Below, in pieces: positions 1 through 8,164 of a stretch of 63,145 nt of DNA; the first letter of the stretch is position 1; each line of letters begins with the position of its first letter. The notes beneath the pieces are model-generated. The model saw nothing but the letters and a program-made list of their open reading frames with translations. It ran no database searches and was not told the origin of the DNA. The stretch is from Acidimicrobiia bacterium (GTDB lineage: Bacteria > Actinomycetota > Acidimicrobiia > Acidimicrobiales > Bin134). The position numbers were made by a program, and so were the translations under genes. The stretch covers positions 1 through 63,145 of the forward strand of contig JAJEDQ010000003.1 in NCBI GenBank assembly GCA_022821445.1. Direction: 5' to 3'.

Positions 1-1082
1 ATGTAGCGCCGGTCCCGCCCACGGGATCCGGGGACGATGCCGCCGGTGCAGTACAGGTGGAGTCCGTTGGGGATGCCCTGGGGGTCCATGGCCGCCTGGT
101 CGTACATGTATCCCGGCGTGGGGCTGTGGGGGGTTTCCAGCCAGGTGGCCAGCTCCCGGGGATCGAACATGGTCACCGGTTCCTCGGTGGCGAAGTAGAG
201 GTTGAGCATGGTCACCCGGTACTGGTCCTGGGCCAGATAGCGGATCTGGCTGGTGTACCAGTCGGGCAGCTCCCACTCGGGCACCACGTTGAACACGTTC
301 CACACCGGCAGGGTGGAGATGACCGCATCGCACTCGATCACCTCGCCGATGTCCCAGTCGTTGGGCACAGTGGGCTCATGGGGGATTGACACCCCGACCA
401 CCGCCCCGTTCTCGATCAGCACGCGGCCGGCCGCGGTCTTCATGCGCAGTTCGCCGCCGTGCTCGGTGAAGCCGTCGGCCAGGTCTTGCCACATGCCGTC
501 CCAGCCCTGGCCGGGCCAGCAGGAGTAGGCGGCCATGTGCCGCTCCTCGTAGTGCATCTTGCGCACCCACAGGTTGTCGCTGGCCGAGTGGTCGTACCAC
601 TCATCGGTCATGCACTCCAGCACGGCGATGAACTCATAGAGGTCGTAAACCCCCTGGTCGGAGGTGTGCTGGGCCAGCCATTCCCGCATGGGGCGGTCGT
701 CCCACTCCTCCAGTTCGTCCCATGTGCTCTCGGTGATGGCCTTGATGACCTTCTTCACCTCGGTCTTGTCGGGATAGCGGTCTCGGATCGACCCCCAGGT
801 TTGCGTGTCGTTGTCCCAGATCGGCATGTCGTGGGACACCTCGCCGTGGATGAGCTCCTTGCCGACGTGCTCGAACACCTTGGTCAGCCCCGAGCCGGGG
901 TCCTCGATGAGGTGCCCGCCGAGGTTCACCTTGAAGCCCTCGTCGTCCACCGCCAATGCCCGGCCACCCAAGAAGGGCGACCGCTCCAAGAGGGTGACCG
1001 ACTTGCCTTCAGCGGCCAGAAGCGCCCCGGCGCTAAGCCCGGCAGCCCCGGCACCGATGACGACAACGTCGCATTTGGTCAT
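1..1082 (-). CDS. NAD(P)/FAD-dependent oxidoreductase, phytoene-desaturase/amine-oxidase (CrtI-like) family; C-terminus runs off the window start
   Basis: The minus-strand frame is open from ATG 1082..1080 to the window edge; it is absent from the ORF track because no stop lies in the window. My translation starts MTKCDVVVIGAGAAGLSAGALLAAEGKSVTLLERSPFLGGRALAVDDEGFKVNLGGH, which is a GxGxxG Rossmann fold. The plus-strand ORF 459..1250 is its antisense shadow. Confidence 0.8.
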   Translation of the reverse strand, partial: MTKCDVVVIGAGAAGLSAGALLAAEGKSVTLLERSPFLGGRALAVDDEGFKVNLGGHLIEDPGSGLTKVFEHVGKELIHGEVSHDMPIWDNDTQTWGSIRDRYPDKTEVKKVIKAITESTWDELEEWDDRPMREWLAQHTSDQGVYDLYEFIAVLECMTDEWYDHSASDNLWVRKMHYEERHMAAYSCWPGQGWDGMWQDLADGFTEHGGELRMKTAAGRVLIENGAVVGVSIPHEPTVPNDWDIGEVIECDAVISTLPVWNVFNVVPEWELPDWYTSQIRYLAQDQYRVTMLNLYFATEEPVTMFDPRELATWLETPHSPTPGYMYDQAAMDPQGIPNGLHLYCTGGIVPGSRGRDRRY

Positions 1083-1135
1083 GGGGGGATACTAAGAGCG
1101 GGCGGTGCTGGGAGGCACGTTATGAAGTCGGCCGC

Positions 1136-2134
1136 TCAGGGGCCGGCAATCGCACTGAGCGCGTCCACCGTGGCCTGGGGGCCGATGTCGTCGCCGATGT
1201 GGGCGCCGGTGAGCAGCACTATGGGGAGGTCGACGCCGGTGGCTCGGTAAGCGGCAATGCGGTCGGCCAGCATGTCGGGTCCGAGAGCGCATTGGGCCAG
1301 GACGGCCTCATCGGGTACCAGCGATAACGCTCGTGCGCGGTCACCTTGCTGCCAGGCCTCGGCCACCTCGGGCAGGTTGTCGAAGGTGCCGACGAACGCG
1401 GGCTGATGGGTGGGGACCATGGAATAGGCCAGCACTTGGCGGCGCATACGTTCTAGGGCCTGTTCGGGATCGGGACCGGCGTAGGCCCAGAACGACAGCA
1501 CGGTGGCCACGTCGCCGGGATCGCGCCCCGCCTCTGTAGCTGTGGCTTTGACGACCTGTTGCTTGGGGCCAACCTCTCCAGGCGGGCACCACGTCATGAA
1601 CACGGCATCGGCTATCTCGCCGGCCACGGCCAGCATGCGGGGGTTGATGGCCCCCAGCCAGACGGGCACTTCCACGCCGGGCAGGTCGAGGCGGAACCCT
1701 TTGGAGCGGAACCGGGGGCCGTCGTGGTTCAGCTTCTCGCCCGCCAGTGCAGCCCGGAGCAGGCCGATGAACTCCCGCACAGTGGCCAGAGGCTGTTCGA
1801 AATCGCCGCCGTGCCACCGTCCCACCACGATGGGGCTGCTGGCGCCGATGCCGGCGATCACTCGTCCGGGGGCCAGCGAGGCCAAGGTGGCGAATCCCAT
1901 GGCGGTAAGGGCGGGGGAGCGGGTGTAGGCGGCCACGATGCCCGAGCCCAGCTTGATGCGCTCGGTGCGGGCGGCCATTGCCCCCAGGGTGGCGAACACC
2001 TCGGGACCGGCCACCTCGCCCACCAGCGCGGTGTCGATTCCGGCTTGTTCGGCGTGAATCACCAGGTCGGTCAGCCATCCAATGGAGAGTCCATCCTCCA
2101 CCGGCATGGTGATGGCCACCGGGGAGTTGGTCAT
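1136..2134 (-). CDS. LLM-class (luciferase-like) flavin/F420-dependent oxidoreductase
   Basis: 332-aa ORF. Motifs GIDTALVGEV, YTRSPALTAMGFATLASLAPGRVIAGIGASSP and WLGAINPRMLAVAGEIADAVF are typical of the luciferase-like monooxygenase family. Confidence 0.75.
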   Translation of the reverse strand: MTNSPVAITMPVEDGLSIGWLTDLVIHAEQAGIDTALVGEVAGPEVFATLGAMAARTERIKLGSGIVAAYTRSPALTAMGFATLASLAPGRVIAGIGASSPIVVGRWHGGDFEQPLATVREFIGLLRAALAGEKLNHDGPRFRSKGFRLDLPGVEVPVWLGAINPRMLAVAGEIADAVFMTWCPPGEVGPKQQVVKATATEAGRDPGDVATVLSFWAYAGPDPEQALERMRRQVLAYSMVPTHQPAFVGTFDNLPEVAEAWQQGDRARALSLVPDEAVLAQCALGPDMLADRIAAYRATGVDLPIVLLTGAHIGDDIGPQATVDALSAIAGP

Positions 2135-2174
2135 GTCTAGTAGCGACCTACCGCGTGCTGCCGGAAACTGGGAG

Positions 2175-2708
2175 CTATCCGGAGTACCGCCCGCGGAGTT
2201 CGTCGGCCAAAGGCTGGTTCTCGGCGTTGTCGGGGTGGGGGAGCCACTCCTCGCCCACCGACAGGTAACGGGTGGCCAACTCGATCAGCGGGCCGTGGGC
2301 CTTGTCGGGGGGGATGAAGTTCCACTTGAGCCACGGCTGGGTGTCGGGATGGCTAGGATCTTCCATCACCAGCGGGATGTCGGCGTCGCGCACCCCGTCG
2401 ATCATGGTGTCGAAATCGTCAGAGCAGAAGGCGATGTGGTGGACGTACTCGCCCTTCTTGGCCAACACCTTGTCGGGCCAGTGGCCGGGCTCAGCGGGCG
2501 CCCAGAGTTGGATGGACACCCCGGTGGGGTCGGGGTTTTGAAACGTGACCCACGCCATGGGGGTTCCGTCCATGTCGTCGGCCCCCTCCCCCCGGGTGAC
2601 CTTCATGGTGTGGCCCGGCGCCAGCACCTCGAGGATCTGGCGCCAGTCCTCCTCGGCCTGGGCCAGGTCTTTCACCAGCAATGAGATGTGGTCGATGTGA
2701 ATGCCCAT
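2175..2708 (-). CDS. VOC (glyoxalase/bleomycin-resistance/dioxygenase) family protein
   Basis: MGIHIDHISLLVKDLAQAEEDW... and YVHHIAFCSDDFD are VOC-fold signatures. I chose ATG 2708 because the track start at 2789 would overlap the thiolase gene. A GAGGAG lies upstream. Confidence 0.7.
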   Translation of the reverse strand: MGIHIDHISLLVKDLAQAEEDWRQILEVLAPGHTMKVTRGEGADDMDGTPMAWVTFQNPDPTGVSIQLWAPAEPGHWPDKVLAKKGEYVHHIAFCSDDFDTMIDGVRDADIPLVMEDPSHPDTQPWLKWNFIPPDKAHGPLIELATRYLSVGEEWLPHPDNAENQPLADELRGRYSG

Positions 2709-2734
2709 TTGGTTCTCGGTCTCCTCGGTGGTCT

Positions 2735-3889
2735 CTACGCAGCCAGGTTCTCGATGATGGTGGCGTTGGCCAGTCCGCCACCCTCGCACATGGTCTGAAG
2801 CCCGTAGCGGCCGCCAGAGCGCTCCAGCTCATTGAGCAGCGTGGTCATGATCCGGGCGCCGCTGGCTCCCAGGGGGTGGCCCAGGGCGATGGCCCCGCCG
2901 TTCACGTTCACCTTGTCCATGTCCACGCCGGTTTCCTTGGCCCAGGCCAGCACCACTGAGGCGAAGGCCTCGTTGCACTCGAACAGGTCGATGTCGTCGA
3001 GTTCCATGCCGGCTCGCTCCAGCACCTTGGCGGTGGCCGGGATGGGGCCGGTGAGGATGAGCACCGGGTCGCTGCCCACCACTGCCAGGGTGTGGATCCG
3101 GGCTCGGGGGGTGAGGCCATGCTCCGCCACCGCCTTTTCGGAGGCGATGAGCAGGGCGGCCGAGCCGTCGGTGATCTGGCTGGAGTTGGCCGCGGTCAGC
3201 GGGCCGTGCTCGGAGAAGGGGCGCAGCTTGGCCATCTTCTCCATGGAGGTGTCGGGCCGGATGCCCTCGTCGCGGGCGCATTCGTCCACCGCCAGCACCT
3301 CCCGCTCGAAGCGCCCTTCTTCCCAGGCTCGGGCGGCGTTCTGATGGCTGCGAAGGGCTAGGCCATTCATGTCTTCCAAGGTGACGTCCCACCGTTCGGC
3401 GATGAGGTTGCCGCCCCGGAACTGGTGGACCTCCTCGTCGCCGAAGCGATTGGCCCAGCCGTCGCCGTCGAACGGGTAGCGCATGCCCAGATCGGGGCCC
3501 ACGTCGCCCTGGCTGTTGAGGTGAATGAGGCTCATCACCTCCACTCCGCCGGCCGCCACCAGGTCTTGGGTGCCCGACATGATGCCCTGGGCGGCGAAGT
3601 GCACCGCCTGTTGCGATGACCCGCACTGGCGGTCGATGGTCACCGCCGGGACGTGCTCGGGCAGCCCGGCCGATAGCCAGGCGTTGCGGGCCACGTTGAA
3701 GGCCTGGGCGCCGATCTGGCCGACGCAGCCCATGATGCAGTCGTCCACCGCGCCTGGGTCCACGCCGGTGCGCTCGATCAGCCCGCTCAAGATGCTGGCG
3801 CCGAGATCGGCGGGGTGGAGGTGGCTCAGCCCGCCGCCGAAGCGGCCCATGGGGGAGCGAACTGCGTCGATGATGTAGGCGTCGGCCAT
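2735..3889 (-). CDS. acetyl-CoA C-acyltransferase (thiolase)
   Basis: 384 aa. AYIIDAVRSPMGRFGG, TIDRQCGSSQQAV (active-site Cys) and C-terminal NVNGGAIALGHPLGASGARI / CEGGGLANA are thiolase motifs. Confidence 0.9.
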   Translation of the reverse strand: MADAYIIDAVRSPMGRFGGGLSHLHPADLGASILSGLIERTGVDPGAVDDCIMGCVGQIGAQAFNVARNAWLSAGLPEHVPAVTIDRQCGSSQQAVHFAAQGIMSGTQDLVAAGGVEVMSLIHLNSQGDVGPDLGMRYPFDGDGWANRFGDEEVHQFRGGNLIAERWDVTLEDMNGLALRSHQNAARAWEEGRFEREVLAVDECARDEGIRPDTSMEKMAKLRPFSEHGPLTAANSSQITDGSAALLIASEKAVAEHGLTPRARIHTLAVVGSDPVLILTGPIPATAKVLERAGMELDDIDLFECNEAFASVVLAWAKETGVDMDKVNVNGGAIALGHPLGASGARIMTTLLNELERSGGRYGLQTMCEGGGLANATIIENLAA

Positions 3890-3956
3890 GTCTGTGCTTC
3901 CTGGTTCTTGTTCGGGATTCCTTGGTCGCTGCTTCCTGTCGTCGGACCGAGCCTGT

Positions 3957-4814
3957 TCAGCCCACAGCCCGCTCGGCAGCGGCCACGGTGTTTGCCATCA
4001 GCATGGTACGGGTCATCGGCCCCACCCCGCCGATTCGAGGCGAAAGCCAGCCCGCCACCTCAGCCACGTCGTCGTCCACATCCGACACCAGCTTGCCGTC
4101 GGCGAAGCTCACCCCGGCGGCCACCACCGCGGCACCGGGCTTGACCATGTCGGCCTTCACCATGCGGGGCGCTCCGGCCGCGGCGATGAGGATGTCGGCG
4201 TTCTTGGTGTACCGGGAGATGTCGCCCGCCCCGGTATGCACCACAGTGACCGCGGCATTGGCGTTGGGCCGCTTCAGCGACAACAAGTTGGCCAGTGGCC
4301 GCCCAATAGTGAGACCTCGGCCGATGATCACCACGTGTTGCCCGGCGATGGGAATCTCGTAGCGCTCCAACATCAACTGGATCCCCCGCGGCGTACAGGC
4401 CAGCGGAGCGTGAACTCCCTGCACCAACCGCCCCAGGTTCACAGGGTGCAAACCGTCGGCGTCCTTCTCAGGCAACACCCGCAACAAAGTGGCCTCGTAG
4501 TCGAGATGGTCGGGGAACGGGTATTGCATGATGTACGCATCCACCGCCGGGTTGGCGTTGAAGTCGTCCACCACCGCGTTCACCTCCTCGGCGGTAGCGT
4601 CTTCGGGCAGGTGCACCTCCTGGGACACCATGCCGAGTTCCTGGCTGTCACGGTGCTTCATGGCCACGTAATTGGCCGACGGTCCATCGTCGCCCACCAA
4701 CAGCGTGCCCAATCCTGGGGTTACCCCCTTCTCAGCCAGCGCAGCAATCCGCTCCCGCAGGCCTTCCTTGATCTCAGCTGACAGCATTTCGCCGTCCAAT
4801 TTGATAGCAGTCAT
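3957..4814 (-). CDS. folD: bifunctional 5,10-methylene-THF dehydrogenase / 5,10-methenyl-THF cyclohydrolase
   Basis: MTAIKLDGEMLSAEIKEGL..., LLVGDDGPSANYVAMK, HVVIIGRGLTIGRPLANLL and GGVGPMTRTML are canonical FolD motifs. The ATG at 4814 is preferred over the track start at 4832. Confidence 0.9.
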   Translation of the reverse strand: MTAIKLDGEMLSAEIKEGLRERIAALAEKGVTPGLGTLLVGDDGPSANYVAMKHRDSQELGMVSQEVHLPEDATAEEVNAVVDDFNANPAVDAYIMQYPFPDHLDYEATLLRVLPEKDADGLHPVNLGRLVQGVHAPLACTPRGIQLMLERYEIPIAGQHVVIIGRGLTIGRPLANLLSLKRPNANAAVTVVHTGAGDISRYTKNADILIAAAGAPRMVKADMVKPGAAVVAAGVSFADGKLVSDVDDDVAEVAGWLSPRIGGVGPMTRTMLMANTVAAAERAVG

Positions 4815-4924
4815 CGCCCGGAATTCTCGCATATCTAGAGCGCCTACAACGGTCAGCTGATGTGCCCGAGATCGAGGCCTCGTCTGGGGTGCTCAATTCA
4901 TGGGAATTGCGAACGGCCGATGTT

Positions 4925-4967
4925 ATGTACGTCGCGTACTTTACGTACATGACCGCCCGGATAGTCT
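4925..4967 (+). promoter_or_regulatory. candidate autoregulated promoter/operator of the TA-like cassette
   Basis: A perfect inverted repeat ATGTACGT-N10-ACGTACAT (4925..4950) overlaps a -35-like TTTACG (4940) and a -10-like TAGTCT (4962). The -10 element lies 6 nt upstream of ATG 4974, and no SD is present, which suggests a leaderless mRNA. Confidence 0.35.
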
Positions 4968-4973
4968 TTGGTT

Positions 4974-5384
4974 ATGCAACTTCTCACCTTCACGGATACC
5001 CGTCGCAGGCTTCGTGAAGTACTTGACGCAGCCGAGGCAGGCAAGCCAATCGGGATAGAACGCCATGGAAGAAAGGTTGCGCTGGTTGAGCGAGACCGTC
5101 TCCAGGCGCTTCTCGCCGACTCCTGGCAGCTGGGCAGGCCCGAGGCGGTTGCTGAGGCGGGAGGCTGGTCGGTGTTCTTGCCGGGTACCCCGGTCGCCGC
5201 TGATGGAGCCGATTTGGAGGAAGCCGCCGAGGAGTTCCTCGACGCCCTCAGGGATTACGCAGAGGACTGGGAGGAGCGGCTCAGACTGGTACCCAACCAC
5301 GAGCATCTCTGGCCGCTGGTGCTGTTCGTGTCCATGAGCTCTGATGCTGAGCTAGCCAGTTGGGCGTTCGGCAGAGATTCTTGA
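4974..5384 (+). CDS. composite antitoxin-like protein (Phd/YefM-like N-terminus plus HicB-like domain)
   Basis: N-terminal MQLLTFTDTRRRLREVLDAAEAGKPIGIERHGRKVALV resembles Phd/YefM. The central GGWSVFLPGTPVAADGADLEEAAEEFLDALRDYAEDW resembles the HicB N-domain. There is a 4-nt TTGA overlap with the next gene. Confidence 0.5.
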   Translation: MQLLTFTDTRRRLREVLDAAEAGKPIGIERHGRKVALVERDRLQALLADSWQLGRPEAVAEAGGWSVFLPGTPVAADGADLEEAAEEFLDALRDYAEDWEERLRLVPNHEHLWPLVLFVSMSSDAELASWAFGRDS

Positions 5385-5806
5385 GTTTCCCAGCGCCCAC
5401 CCGGCGTGATCATGCCCGTTTCTGCGAAGTCGAGGGATGGCGGTTGGTGCGCTCAGCCGTCGGAAAGCGCAACACGCATCATGAGACCTACGAGCTAGAC
5501 CTTCCCGATGGCTCCGTCTTGAGAACGCGGGTATCAAGACCGCCGGATCGCACGAACTATGGAGATGCGCTCTGGGGACATATCTTGCGTGACCAGCTCA
5601 AGGTGGGCGCCGAGGAGTTCTGGCGCTGCGTCCAAGACGGCGTACCGCCCGACCGCGGGACGCGACCAGGATCGGCAGAAGGGATCCCAGCTGATCTGCT
5701 CTACCTACTGAAACACAGGGTGGGCCTCTCCGAAGCCCGTCTGAGCGAGATGACCAGGCAAGAGGCCATCGAGCGAATTCAGCATTACTGGACGACAGGG
5801 GAGTAG
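5381..5806 (+). CDS. HicA-like (YcfA-fold) putative toxin with C-terminal extension
   Basis: ARFCEVEGWRLVRSAVGKRNTHHETYELDLPDGSVLRTRVS resembles the HicA/YcfA core (GW..VR..GSHH..). The start is either TTG 5381, overlapping the upstream stop, or the track start at 5360. Confidence 0.4.
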   Translation: MSFPAPTRRDHARFCEVEGWRLVRSAVGKRNTHHETYELDLPDGSVLRTRVSRPPDRTNYGDALWGHILRDQLKVGAEEFWRCVQDGVPPDRGTRPGSAEGIPADLLYLLKHRVGLSEARLSEMTRQEAIERIQHYWTTGE

Positions 5807-5837
5807 TCGGCCAACGTTTCAGCCGTAGGCTCTCGAC

Positions 5838-6755
5838 ATGTCTGCTGAGCGTGTTGGGCGTGTGCCGCAGAGAGGGCCGAGAGAGACTCGAGCCTGGCTT
5901 GTGCGTGGTTACCCACACGACGTTGGCTCGATGGTGGAATACAACAGACGCAACAAAGTGGTAACGCTCGGGTGGGAGAGCTACGTAGTCGATGTTCCTC
6001 GTGCCGCGTTCAGCAACGAAGAGATGCTCCGAGGTTGTCTCGACCAGCCTGGACGGAAGTCCTCGGACAAGGAAACGGCCTTCCATGATCTCTGGTATTT
6101 CTGTAACGAGATCGAGATTGACGACTATGTCGTGCTTCCTTCTCAGGGGCTCCCAAAAGAGGGCCAGTGGATCGTGGTCGGCAGAGTGACTAATGATGCG
6201 ATTCACGATGTAGGTATGGGTCCTGGCGCTCGGCTTCGTCGCGAAGTCAAGTGGTTGACGGACCGGATCCCGAAGTCCGAAGCGCGGATTGACAAAATAG
6301 ACGCGCGCAGATGGTCCGTAGTTTCACTGGATTTGGACCAAGTGATGGGCGTGCTCAGGCGTTTCTCAAAAGGCGACTACATGACAGGCGATGAAGCCGG
6401 GGTGTGGTCCGTTGACGAGTTCGAGTTTCCCGAAGGAGCCAAGAACCGTGTCGAGGTCAATCGGTACGAGCGCGACCCAGAAGCCAGAAGGTGGCGTCTC
6501 GAGCACGACGACTACACCTGCCAGGTGTGCGGCCTGAGATTTGAGGACCGGTACGGAGAGTTCGCACTTGGCTATATGCAGGTCCACCACAAAGTGCCTT
6601 TGTCACAGATCACTGACCACGACAACTACAAGGTCAATCCTGCGACCGATCTCGTAGCGGTGTGCCCGAACTGCCACGCAATGCTCCACCACCATCCCGA
6701 TAGACCCTGCACTGTCGGGAAGCTGAAGCAGGAGATGAAAGAGGCTCAGGAGTGA
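5838..6755 (+). CDS. HNH endonuclease (McrA/ScoMcrA-type HNH) with uncharacterised N-terminal about 200-aa domain, possibly PUA/EVE-like; candidate type IV restriction enzyme
   Basis: C-terminal CQVCGLRFEDRYGEFALGYMQVHHKVPLSQI...DLVAVCPNCHAMLHH is a complete HNH/zinc-finger motif. The N-terminal assignment is by fold-like pattern only (AWLVRG...VVTLGWE...DDYVVLPS...WIVVGRV). The region is visibly more AT-rich than its flanks. Confidence 0.7.
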   Translation: MSAERVGRVPQRGPRETRAWLVRGYPHDVGSMVEYNRRNKVVTLGWESYVVDVPRAAFSNEEMLRGCLDQPGRKSSDKETAFHDLWYFCNEIEIDDYVVLPSQGLPKEGQWIVVGRVTNDAIHDVGMGPGARLRREVKWLTDRIPKSEARIDKIDARRWSVVSLDLDQVMGVLRRFSKGDYMTGDEAGVWSVDEFEFPEGAKNRVEVNRYERDPEARRWRLEHDDYTCQVCGLRFEDRYGEFALGYMQVHHKVPLSQITDHDNYKVNPATDLVAVCPNCHAMLHHHPDRPCTVGKLKQEMKEAQE

Positions 6756-6785
6756 GTGGATTCGAGCGAGCCCGGCACGAATCAG

Positions 6786-8102
6786 CTAGGCAGCGACAGC
6801 TTCCGTTGGCCCTCGAACCCGATCTCGGTCGATTGCGCGGGGCGAAGCGTTCAGATTGTGCCGCCCGGCGGCGTCTTCAGTCACTTGGTAGCCGTGTTTG
6901 TGCACTTTCTTGTGGCACTTGGGGCAAAGCAGCACGAGGTTGGTGATGTCGGTGGGGCCGTCGTCGTCCCACCAGATGATGTGGTGGGCGTCGCAGGCGC
7001 TGGCTCTCATGCCGCATCCGACGCATTGCTTGTCGCGGGCGATCAAGGCCAACTTTTGGGCGGCTGTGGCAGCCCGCTGTTTTCTGCCCATGTAGAGCGG
7101 CTGGCCGTCAGCGGCGAAGATGGCGGGCACGATGCCCGCGTCGCAGGCGATGTGGCGGAGGTCGTCGACGTCGATGGAGGTGCCGTCGATGAGTCCTGCG
7201 TTCTTGAGCTGGCCACTGAGCGTGTCGTAGTCGACCGAGACGATCAGTGTGGTTGCCTGTGGATCGAGGTCACACCCCGAATCGCTGGCATCGTCGTTCG
7301 CGGCGCCTGTTTCAGGCATGTCGACCTCAAGCTTTGTCTCAGGCTCGCTACCGGCACTGTCTGCTCGGTCGGGTCGTTGGGTGACGAGCGCGACCAGGGC
7401 ATCGGCGCTGCGCTGGTCGTGGGTACGGTCGCTCTCAGTTCTGGAGTCCTCGCGGAACAGCCGATCGCTCAGGTCGTGGAGCGCGGTCTTGACCCGCTCC
7501 CCGGCGATGCGATCCAACTCGGCGTACAGGATCACCATCTCGTTGTCCCCGTCAAACACCTTGGCGCTGCGCCGCTCGCGCTGGCGCTCATGGCGGGTCA
7601 ACCCGTCATCGGCCCGGCGCTGATCCTCCCGGCGGGCCAGAGTCTTCTTGAACTCGTCGAGATCCTCGGAGATGGCCACGACGACCAACTCCAGCTCTTC
7701 ATCCTTGGATAGCGGCGCCCGCAGATGCGACTCACCCATCACTCGGGCGTGATCAATGGAGATCCACCCCTGCTTGGCCGCCTCCAACGTGTCGGGCAAC
7801 GCCTTGAGCGCACTAGATGTCTTGGCCTGCTGGCGAGCCTTGTGACGACCGAGCCCAAACTGGCGACACAGTTCCTCAACCGCATCCTGCCCTTGCAGAT
7901 CGCCAAATCTGCCCAACAGGGCTGCCAGATAGCCATCCAACTGCCGACGGGCACTGTCGGCTTGAAGGATCAACTTGACCAATTCACCCGGCCCCAGCCC
8001 ATCAAATTCAACCAGCTGAACATCCACGGTAGGCCTTTCGCTGCCCCGTGACTCGCCGTTGGCATTCGTGGTGTTTCCCCTGGTGAGAGCACCTAAATCC
8101 AT
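6786..8102 (-). CDS. DUF222 domain / HNH endonuclease (actinobacterial 13E12-repeat-type protein)
   Basis: 438 aa. The architecture is N-terminal DUF222-like (LKALPDTLEAAKQGWISIDHARVM), an acidic linker, then C-terminal CVGCGMRASACDAHHIIWW...NLVLLCPKCHKKVH, which is an HNH motif. Confidence 0.8.
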   Translation of the reverse strand: MDLGALTRGNTTNANGESRGSERPTVDVQLVEFDGLGPGELVKLILQADSARRQLDGYLAALLGRFGDLQGQDAVEELCRQFGLGRHKARQQAKTSSALKALPDTLEAAKQGWISIDHARVMGESHLRAPLSKDEELELVVVAISEDLDEFKKTLARREDQRRADDGLTRHERQRERRSAKVFDGDNEMVILYAELDRIAGERVKTALHDLSDRLFREDSRTESDRTHDQRSADALVALVTQRPDRADSAGSEPETKLEVDMPETGAANDDASDSGCDLDPQATTLIVSVDYDTLSGQLKNAGLIDGTSIDVDDLRHIACDAGIVPAIFAADGQPLYMGRKQRAATAAQKLALIARDKQCVGCGMRASACDAHHIIWWDDDGPTDITNLVLLCPKCHKKVHKHGYQVTEDAAGRHNLNASPRAIDRDRVRGPTEAVAA

Positions 8103-8164
8103 GCCACAAGTCTACCGACGCCAGTGACAGTATCCCCTGGTGGCACTGGGGCAGCGCCCGGCAA

